From assembly GCA_964016885.1 (NCBI GenBank), contig OZ024752.1:10292001-10356000 (forward strand): 64,000 nt of DNA, written 5' to 3'. Below are positions 50,960-64,000 of this stretch, piece after piece. The position numbers were made by a program, and so were the translations under genes. This DNA comes from Eledone cirrhosa (Eukaryota). The notes below the pieces were generated by a model. That model ran no database searches and was not told the origin of the DNA. It saw nothing but the letters and a program-made list of their open reading frames with translations. Every line of letters begins with the position of its first letter. The first letter of the stretch is position 1.

Positions 50960-51515
50960 ATTGTGTATGCAAAAATATCTGTACACGAATATATAATTAT
51001 ATATATATATATTAAAATAACTGATGAAAGTTTAAGCAAAGAATCGCTGCTTTCACCCTTAATGGGATCTTCTGAAACTAAAAAATCAATCTGTGAACGC
51101 AGAAGTAAATATTTCGAAATGTTTTTGTGTATACAAATATATCTGTCAGTGATGCATGTGATTATGTAATCGTCGGCTTTTTTAGTTTATTGTTTGTGTT
51201 TGTGTATGCAAAAATATCTGTACACGAATAATTAAAATAACATATTAAAATTTAAGCAATGAATCGCTGCTTTCAGCCTTAACGGGATCTTCGGAAACTA
51301 AAAAAAAAATCAATCTGTGAACGCAGATGTAAATATTTCGAAAAACGTTGCAACCGAATGAAAACAGGAAGACGATACTTTGGTTCGTGAAGACGTTCCC
51401 TAGCATAAGAATATACATATACACACACACACACACACACACACTAATCGCGTCATAATGACGTAATGCAGACAGCCAGGCATACATACATTTTATAAGT
51501 TGCGACGTCATATCT
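50960..51515 (-). mobile_element. Repeat family C, two tandem copies
   Basis: tgtgtatgcaaaaatatctgtacacgaata...tttaagca...gggatcttc is repeated at ~240-bp spacing. Confidence 0.8.
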
Positions 51516-52188
51516 ATGTATCTATCTAAAAAGAGAAAGACTAAAAGAGAGAGAAAGAGATTGCTAAATCGCTTAATGCGGTCCCTAGGGCATTTTTGCT
51601 CAGAACACTCAATAGGACCATAAGTATTTTATGTGTAAAGTTTGAAAATATTCGGTTGGATGGTTCTCGCGTTTTATTGGTTAGACATACAGACAGGCAG
51701 ACATTCTCTGTTTTGGTAATATAGATTTATTGGTTTTAGCCTTCGTTGAACTTCATCGGTAAGAACTGTCGTAGCTTTATAGGTTGCGTATAATGATATC
51801 ACGTAAGCCCCCCACCTCGGGTCATACCTATTGTATTGATGTATAGATATGTCTATGTATTTATGCAAATGTGTATGTACGTACTAGTGTGTGTAGTATT
51901 GTTCATTATTACATAAATATCCCCCCTCTATATTCTATAGGGCTCTATATTTACTGAAGGCTATCTCGCTTGTATCTAAATTATTTAAAATCACTAAATA
52001 AAATTTTAACATTTTCACATAGCAATTAATTAACCTGTCTAGTATTCCATACTTTAACGTTAATCCAAAACTTTATGGGAGGACATATGTGATTTTACAT
52101 ACAATTACAGCTCTTACAGCTTTTATTATATAAAATACGATATTTTTTCTCTATTAAAAATGAAAAACGGAATAGAAAGGCAAATGCA

Positions 52189-52466
52189 GGGGCTCTAGAG
52201 TCACATAAGAATGGAAGAGGGAAGTTAATGGGCTCTAGAACTGGAAGAGGGAAGTTAATGGGCTCTAGAACTAGAAGATGGTGGTGTTGGGGCTGTGCCC
52301 CAAGGAAATTGGACAGCAAGAGCCGCTGCAGCAGCCACCCAACCTCGCGGCTCTCCTTCCTCAGACGGGATGCTGACGTTTCGATCATGCGGAGGAGCTC
52401 AACTGCACGGGTTCCAGGTACGCCCGAGGTCTCGATGGTGACTGCCACGAATGGGGAAGCGGCCTG
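52189..52466 (-). mobile_element. Second CRE-like RLE C-terminal fragment
   Basis: PFVAVTIETSGVPGTRAVELL...ESREVGWLLQRL parallels PLAVETSGVLG...EPREFEWLFQ at ~13950. A 30-bp tandem duplication lies at its 3' end. Confidence 0.7.
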
Positions 52467-52589
52467 ACAATACCCGATATTTATACCACGACCTATTATT
52501 TCTATCTCAATGCTATTGTCTACCTCTTTTTGTTTAAACAGCATTTACTTCACTGTTATATGCACAGAGGAAAACTATTTTATTTGACT

Positions 52590-52845
52590 CCGATTTGAGA
52601 GATCACAGCTCCGATACAACGGGCATTTGGTTAGAATTTTTCAGGAAAGAATCGCTGGAGAGATTGTACGGGCAAAATCAAACGGCTAGAGACCCAGGGA
52701 TAGATTCCGAGAGAGATCCTTGGATAACATACATGAACTTGGTTGGCTTCGCTTGGGGATCCAGCCAAATCAATTGGAGACGGTTACTTCAGACAGTGTT
52801 TGAAAACTCTGACCCCATAATCTTATCAGGAATAAGTGGGCGAAG
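52590..52845 (+). mobile_element. RTE-clade LINE 3' end
   Basis: ERSQLRYNGHLVRIFQERIAGEIVRAKSNG*RPRDRFRERSLDNIHELGWLRLGIQP. Confidence 0.8.
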
Positions 52846-53342
52846 ATAAAAAAGAAGCTAACTGACGTACTATTTCCTCAACAAGGAACCGCATCTCATG
52901 ACTTTCTGACACGTGAAACACGTGTTATTATATTAAATGATTCAATACAATAATTCTCGACATAGTATTCTATATATATATACATATATATATATTTATA
53001 TATATATGTAAAGTGTAAGTATAGTATGAGGTTTGTCAATTTAACATATCAGAATTAATCTTTATGAAATTAATTTTCAAATTAATACCAGGAGACTTCA
53101 AAATACATAAATTTAAACAAGTTTACCTTTTACTCTGCGGATTTACAATACCACATAAATACAAATGTCAATTAACAATAATTAATTCTCTATGAATATT
53201 TATAACACTATGTTTGTCATAAATAATTATTCTAAAATAATTAATATTTAAACGCTTCAAACGAATTATTGAAAAGATTCATAAGTAAATGTCAGATTGA
53301 ATTAATTTTTCATTCAATAATTTTTTCATATATATTTTCGTT

Positions 53343-53412
53343 ATGGATGCCTAGTGTTTTAGTTGTTGGATTCCCAATCATGAGGTTGAGAGTTCGAATC
53401 TTAGACCGAGTG
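53343..53412 (+). mobile_element. tRNA-like SINE head
   Basis: ggatgcctagtgttttag...gagagttcgaatct (A/B boxes) with no intact cloverleaf. Confidence 0.45.
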
Positions 53413-54122
53413 ACGCTGACAAGCTGAATCGTCCTTTACCTTCAATAACATCGTTATGCAAGTTCAACTGCTGGTCCACCACAAAAACCTAGCATGGTTG
53501 TGTGCTCTAGCGGGGAACTTTCTTGGTGTAAATTCATGTTCGTGCGTTTCTTAAAGCGAAAGACTCCGTGCTTTTTAACTATAAATTCCAATTCACTCTA
53601 AGAAGCACAAATGGCACTATATTATATATAGTGATATTTATGTAATTTGTGTCCGGTAATTACATGTTTGGGGCATACTCCAATATTCTCCGGGCGTTTT
53701 TTGTATGGTTTGATGCCCCATTACTTCCACTAACAATACACACAAAATCACATATAAGCCCGATCCATCTGCCTTTTCGTCCCAGATATGGTATGGTATA
53801 TGATCCCGTATCACCTGTTGGAGTTGTCTAGGTGCCCTACTGACATACGATGTTTCGTGGTCTTTTAAAACGCGGCGGCCTCTATTCTTCTCCTGACTTG
53901 ACAACTGTAACTTTCTTCGAGCAAGGAATAGAAAATTACAAAGGGTAAATCGGTAAGGCGATATAGAAAGGCAGGACATCAGTACTAAATGACACAGTTT
54001 TCATCACTAAGGGGGTCGATATAATAAAGTACCAGTAATGCACTTGGGTCAATCTGTTCGACATTCACCTTCCCGAAAATCTTAGGACTCCGGTCATTTT
54101 TTGTACTGTAGCACACGCAACC

Positions 54123-54196
<74 letters not shown>

Positions 54197-54340
54197 TGTG
54201 AGTGTGTGAGGTGAGAGAGAGTGTGTGTGAGGTGTGTGAGGTGAGCGAGAGTGTGTGTGAGTGTGTGAGGTGAGCGAGAGTGTGTGTGAGTGTGTGAGTG
54301 TGTGAGAGTGCGTATGAGCGTGTGAGCGCGTGCGTGTACA
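54123..54340. repeat. (AG)n and (GT/GAG) compound microsatellite
   Basis: Direct inspection. Confidence 0.95.
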
Positions 54341-54829
54341 TACACACAATTTCACGCCTAACACACGCACATGGAGTCTGCCAACTAAACACGTTCCTAC
54401 TGCAATCACACATTCACAAGAGAAAGATATGTATGCTTCAATCACGGAAGTACACACACACAGCATCAGCCTACCCCCAGCCCCACCAGTGAAAGATCCA
54501 TAAACTCTGTAGTATATGATTTCATACAAGCATGACATCACCCATACATCCATGCGTGGCTTTCCCCTAGTAATCTCCGTCTTTTGAATTTTTTTCATTT
54601 TATAATTATTATGCTGGAGTTGAACTCACGGGAAACTACATACTATGAACTATCATGATAGGAGAAAAAAAAACTTAACAAATATCTAACCTAATGCCCA
54701 GTCATGGTGCCGTGCAGCAGTTGTAGTGATTACACAGTAATTATAGTAGTTCCGGAAATTCGTGTATTCCGACGTCTTATTATAGACCGAATGTTCGTCC
54801 ACATTTGGCTACTGAACTGGTTACGACAT

Positions 54830-58785
<3,956 letters not shown>

Positions 58786-58849
58786 CGAAGAGGCTCGATA
58801 AGTATAAATGTATGTATCAAAATATATAAAACCATGGATCAAATATTTA

Positions 58850-58948
58850 TTAAAATAACAGATTAATGTTTAAGCAAAGAATCAGTGCTGTCCCCTATAA
58901 CGGTTAAGGGTGAAAGCAGCGATTCTTTGCTTAATCTGTTATTTTAAT
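58850..58948. mobile_element. Repeat family C, short inverted pair
   Basis: ttaaaataacagattaatgtttaagcaaagaatc...gattctttgcttaatctgttattttaa. Confidence 0.75.
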
Positions 58949-58951
58949 ATG

Positions 58952-58982
<31 letters not shown>

Positions 58983-59064
58983 CAGGGAGTGTAACGTACA
59001 GTTACTGTAGGTTTACCCAGGTGAGCACTCGATGTTTAGATTCACAGCAGTATCGAGTGTAATA

Positions 59065-59295
59065 TAATAATACAAGGACGATTTGGTCAGCCTTCATTAC
59101 CTTTATTGATTGGTGACGCGCGTTGCGCTATTGATCAGCTCAAGGTTCGATCTGTACCGATCTGTACCGATCTGGTCCGACTCTGGAATCACAACCTCAT
59201 CGGATCTCTGCTGTTGTGATGACAGAATGAACATATTTAAATCAGGATGGATTCGGTTTAAAACTAGTAAGTCCATTATACAACTGAATTTTTGT
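59065..59295 (-). mobile_element. Diverged copy of the 60993 family, possibly with a Penelope ORF end
   Basis: gatcagctcaaggttcgatctgta...ccgactctg is shared. Minus-strand LNRIHPDLN resembles the I...PxLN end of Penelope GIY-YIG domains. Confidence 0.55.
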
Positions 59296-60287
59296 TACTT
59301 GGGGTATTAGAGTATGGTTATAATATAAAGGGTCTGGTCTCCGACAGCTGATATTTGCTCTTTCAACAGCCAGTACCCGATAATCTGTTCCCGACTGTAG
59401 AAACGGCAGGAGCTTAGTCGTCGTGATCCCGACTATATATATATATATACAGAAAGAGCTAATAATCCTCGTAATTTCTACACAAACATACATCTGTGAC
59501 CAATGGTTTCATAAGATTGTGATAAAGAAAGAGTGTGAGAGTCGAAGAGGGTAATTGTCATAGGAACTTCTTCATAGAAAGGCATGCAACATTAAATAAG
59601 CCACAGTCATATGTTGAAATATGTCAATACCTTAATAATAACTTGATATGTGTCTCTAGTTTAATCCCGCCTGTCCCTTCTTAAATTATCCAAACATAGG
59701 ATAATAGTATTTGCTCATTTTAAAGGGAATTACATATTGCATTCATTAATATTAAGAGTGGTCGACTTTTGAGATATAAACCCTTGCGTTATATTAAAAT
59801 ATTTGTAATCAAATTTTGCTTGTGAAATGGCATAGTGAAGAAAAGTAACACCATATAAATAGACTGTAGTTATATAAGTAATCTTATTTCAGAGGTATCG
59901 CTAGAGGTACAATGGTGTAATATGTAAAATATGCAGTTTTATTAGTATGGGAGTTTGTAAACTGATACAGACAAAGGGAATGTAACTTCACTTCAAATAT
60001 TTAAAGTAATACACGTCCGAAACATTATGGCCTAGACAGGATGGAATCATTAACGATGGAATGATAATATTATCTATATGAGGTTATAATTGCAGACATT
60101 AACCAATATAAGGATTGTTAAGTACTGTGTTAGCTAATTCAACCTGAACAGGTTTTGACTTGAGAACATAAACATTTGGAATCGTTACATTAGCAATGAA
60201 TTTAATTGGTTTTACACTTTCTCAAAAAGTCCAACTCTATACTACAAATAAATATTACAATATAAACATCGCCAATCCCATACTAAA

Positions 60288-60476
60288 TTAATTGTTTCTA
60301 CTTTTGGCACAAGGCCAGCAATTATTAAAGTGTATTACTGGTACTTTATTTTATCTACCCCGTAATGATGAAAGACAACGTTAACCTTAGCGGGATTTGA
60401 ACTCAAAATGACAAGAGCCGTAACTATGCGTCAAAGTATGCCGTCCGACCCTCTACTGATACTGCCAATCCACCAC
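60288..60476 (-). mobile_element. SINE family A
   Basis: Reverse-complement copy. Confidence 0.9.
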
Positions 60477-60489
60477 CTGCCAATGCCAT

Positions 60490-60984
60490 ACCATTTTTTC
60501 ATCTCCTAGAGCCCGCATTGGGTGAACCTCTTTTAAAGATTTTTAGGGTTTTTTTGAGGCGTTACTTCAGACCGATTTCCTTGAAATTGTAACTATGTAT
60601 TAGTCAGTCTCATCTTCATAACGTAAGCAAAGAAAATCCAACTTTCCTATGGCCCGCATTAGGTGAAAAACTTCATTTTTTCAGATTCTTAGGGCTTTTT
60701 GGAGGCGTTACGTTTAACCGATTTTCCTGAAATTTCAAGGCATATTATGTACATTAAAAATATTCATTTTCTTGATCCCCTAGGGCCCGCATTAGGTGAA
60801 AACCTGCATTTTTCCTGCTTCATCGAGGAAAATCTTAAAGATTATCCAGCCATCAGAGTATTCGGTTTATTCGGTTTATTTTCTTTACATATTGTCCAGA
60901 CATGCAGTTTTTCCACGATTAGGTCTGTTCGTGGCCCGCGTTCCAAAATACCTTATCTGGTGCAACGCCGGGTTCCACTGCTAG
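60490..60984 (+). mobile_element. Non-autonomous Helitron, 5' part missing (family of 14812)
   Basis: High similarity to 14945-15425; ends gcaacgccgggttccactgCTAG. Confidence 0.85.
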
Positions 60985-60992
60985 CAATAAAA

Positions 60993-61275
60993 TAAAACAA
61001 GGACGAGTGTTTACTCTTTCATTATGTTTATTGGTTGGTGACACATGTTTCGCCACCGATCAGCTCAAGGTTCGATCTGTATCGATCTAGCCCGACTCTG
61101 TAATCCACGGCTCGTCAGAGCCTAAAAGGCATCAGATACTAAAAAGGGTCTGGTGAGCCGTCGATTAAAGAATTGGGCTAGATCGATACAGATCGAACCT
61201 TGAGCTGATCGGTGGCGAAAATCACGTCACCAACCAATAAACGTAATGAAGGAGAAACCACTCGTTCTTGTTTTA
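60993..61275. mobile_element. 283-bp foldback of two inverted hammerhead-bearing arms (putative Penelope pseudo-LTRs)
   Basis: Arms 60993-61122 and ~61146-61275 are reverse complements. Each reads CTG(A/G)(C/T)GA-GCC...GGC-GAAA...GTC-ACC outward. Confidence 0.8.
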
Positions 61276-62067
61276 CTTAAATCGGAAATCATCTGTACTT
61301 TGTCAATGATCAATACTCGTAACAGTATTTATACGTGTGCTAGAAGCAGATCCGTAGGCAGATATATTTGTATCAACTTTTCCTATTTTATTACTTTACT
61401 TTTATGAACAAGGTTGGCAACTCATGATTCCTTACTCTGTGTCCTGGCTGTTCGAAAGTAGACGTTTATAGTTATAAGTTAAATCTTACTATTGCTGCTT
61501 CTTCAAAATCATTTAAATCTTATTGAGAACGCTTTATGATGATTCTGTTTGCCGGGGCCTCAGGGCGTCCAGCGTTATTTGCTTTTAATAGTAAGAGATA
61601 GAGACAGCAACAGAGGCGAAGACAGTGACTCTACCATCACTGTTGAAGTATTTTGTAGTGAGTACATTATTGACTGAGGATGATTGGCTAAAGTGAGTGT
61701 AAGAGCAAACTAGTTTATAATAAAATAAACTGTCTATTACGAATATATATGAAAAATGTCTGCATTCCCACCGGCATTTGTCCAATAATAACAATACACA
61801 AGTTTATCATCTTTACTTAGTCCATAAATGTTTAAATGTTAAATAAAAATGTTTCTCACTATAAATTTTCGGCAATTGCCTTCAAGCTTACAAGAATTTC
61901 GAAATTGTTACTGTTACTCATATTAACTTCTTTTGAAATATATGTTTTTTTTTAAATGTTCAATGCATGCATAATTATAAATCCTTCAGAAATAGTTAAT
62001 AAGACAAAAGTTATATCGATGAAAATATTTCTTATTAATCCAGTTATCTGATGCATATATATATATA

Positions 62068-62259
62068 TTAATTGTTTCTACTTTAGGCACAAGGCCAGCA
62101 AATACCCAGTGCATTACTGGTACTTTTATTTTATCGACCCCGTAAGGATGAAAGGCAAAGTCAACCTCGGCGGGATTTGAACTCAGATCGTAAAGGGACG
62201 TAACTATGCTGGAAAGCATGGCGTCTGACCCTCTACCGATACTGCCATTCCACCGCCCT
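62068..62259 (-). mobile_element. SINE family A with TSD
   Basis: atatatatatattaat on both sides. Confidence 0.93.
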
Positions 62260-62455
62260 TATATATATATATATATTAATAAAAGGAATTGCAACTTTGT
62301 CTGATTTACTCGTTTTATCTACAATCCTTTAAAATTATAATGATATTATAATGAAAAAGTATGGTAGAATATTAAATGTTAAGTGTTAATTGAACAAGTA
62401 CTTTCATGCTTTCGTAATCTTCAGGTTCTTATTCAGTGTTGACAGTCAAGTTTGC

Positions 62456-62507
<52 letters not shown>

Positions 62508-62513
<6 letters not shown>

Positions 62514-62712
62514 AGTTTCAGGATCCCGATATCTGAGCTCCGGCCGTTTCGATATTTAGATGCGAACTGTTCAGATTTACCTATCGAAGAAACGGCCAGA
62601 GCTCAGGTGTTGGGTCCTGAATCATTTCATATTACCCATCTCTACTACCCCAAGTATCGTTTCGAGTACTCTGGTGCGTTATGGTGCACCTGGTATCTTA
62701 CCACACCCTCTT
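62508..62712 (+). mobile_element. Repeat family D copy
   Basis: atgaaaagtttcagg...gagctccggccgtttcgat...atcgaagaaacggccagagctc...cctgaatcatttcatattaccc. Confidence 0.8.
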
Positions 62713-62759
62713 TATATATAATAAATGTGAAGACTAAATCCGAAGAGGGCTCGACAAGG

Positions 62760-62796
<37 letters not shown>

Positions 62797-62884
62797 GTAT
62801 ATATATATATTATATATATATATTATATATATATTTATTTATATATATATATATATAAACCCGTAGAACAAATATGTATTATAA

Positions 62885-63075
62885 GAGCAGATTAAAATTT
62901 AAGCAAAAAATCGTTGCTTTCACCCTTAACGAGATCTTCTGAAAGTGAGGAAAAATATCTGTAGACGAAGAAGTAAATAACGTTTTTCGAAATAGTTACT
63001 TCTGTTTTCAATTTCAGATGTTCCCGTTCAAGGTCAAAGCAGCGATTCTTTGTTTACACTTTAATCTGTTATTAT
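62885..63075. mobile_element. Repeat family C, inverted pair
   Basis: cagattaaaatttaagcaaaaaatcgttgctttcaccc...aaagcagcgattctttgtttacactttaatctg. Confidence 0.75.
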
Positions 63076-63109
<34 letters not shown>

Positions 63110-63140
63110 AAAAAGTGTGAAATCATTGGTACAGTTAGGT

Positions 63141-63828
63141 ATATTTGAAAAAAAGGAAAAGAATGACTTCACTTGTAGTTTTAAATAATTTGATTTAATT
63201 TTATATTGATTTAATTTATTATGAGTTGGTGGGAAGAATTTTAAAAAATCCTGGTTAACTTTCTTGGAGAACTTTCTCGCATTCGTCGGTGGCGATTGTC
63301 AAACTGAGATTAGGTTGTGTTGTGATGTATGACTATATATAAGAGAGATTTGGATGTGTATGGGGTGTGGGGTCTGGTTTTAATGAGTGTGGGAGTGAAG
63401 TAGTGTAAATGAAGATTTAAAGAAATTAAAGCTTACACACACACACATATACACAAAAAATGGTGAAGGTTGACTGCAAGATAACGGGATAGGAGTGCTG
63501 TTGGGACTTTTTTAATGAGTGTTTAAGAAAGATCTGTAAAAGTCCCCTCCTGCCGGTTCCAAACATCACATGCCGACCCCAGACACATCCAAATCTCTCA
63601 TATATAGAGTCACACATCACAACACAACCTGATCTCGGTTTGACAATCGCCTCCGACGAATGCGAGAAAGTTCTCCAAGAAAGTTCACCAGGATTCTTTA
63701 AAATTCTTCCCACTGAAGTTAACAAAGAACTTACTAGATCTACCAACTCATAATATTATTATATTATAAAATTAAATCAAATTATTTAGAACTACAAGTG
63801 AAGTCATTCGTTTACTTTTTTCAAATAT
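63141..63828. mobile_element. Long inverted repeat (~225-250-bp arms, ~210-bp spacer) with hammerhead-like motif in each arm
   Basis: 63141-63366 is the reverse complement of 63575-63828. Confidence 0.85.
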
Positions 63829-63875
63829 ATATATACAATATATTAACAAATGGAAACAATATTTATAAAACCATA

Positions 63876-63938
63876 TTTATTTTATTATACATATTTCAAG
63901 GGCCACCAGGGCAAATTATGGTGCGCTTTCATCAGATA
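63876..63938 (-). ncRNA. Second copy of the 21820 hammerhead
   Basis: Minus strand TAT-CTGATGA-AAGCGCACCA...TGGTGGCCCTT-GAAA-T atgt A-TA^ATA. Helix I is shortened to ~3 bp. Confidence 0.65.
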
Positions 63939-64000
63939 CTTACTCCAATAAGATATTTACTCAAATTTGTTGAGTGCTTTATATCAGTTATAAAAATATT

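Larger units (their letters stand above)
49851..51725 (-). mobile_element. Minus-strand Helitron ends bracketing nested insertions
   Basis: 3' end (CTAG plus cccggtgatgctcggg hairpin) at 49851-49877; 5' end TCTATATTACCAAAACAGAGAATGTCTGCCTGTCTG from 51725. That both ends belong to one element is inference. Confidence 0.5.

Noticed and set aside
53638-53979. 113-aa ORF or possible RLE remnant
   Set aside because: Motifs are too decayed to assign.
61585-61794. Hydrophobic 69-aa ORF as a membrane-protein exon
   Set aside because: No recognisable family motif and no convincing splice sites.

Overview
This is eukaryotic, very AT-rich, repeat-saturated non-coding DNA (intronic or intergenic). The SINE families and microsatellite load suggest a mollusc, most likely a cephalopod such as Octopus; that is inference from remembered repeat families, with no search run. 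No intact host gene can be supported, and the long ORFs in the track are microsatellite translations. The window holds about 25 copies of one tRNA-derived SINE family, many with target-site duplications (TSDs), plus other SINEs. It also holds decayed non-LTR retrotransposons (RTE, CRE, R4/Dong, Tx1, Penelope-like), non-autonomous Helitrons, mariner and hAT MITEs, a ~5.1-kb 26-bp minisatellite and a ~4-kb (TA)/(TACA) array. Two signals stand out. (1) Up to six different sequence contexts each carry a type I hammerhead-ribozyme fold. One is canonical (21820-21880), one has a U3:A8 compensatory core, one has a long helix II in a foldback, and one sits inside a TGT...ACA element with a 4-bp TSD. 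(2) A minisatellite appears to have grown from one subterminal unit of a DNA-transposon-like element, and an unexpanded sibling copy lies ~1.2 kb past the end of that element. All folds were read by eye and none is experimentally shown.
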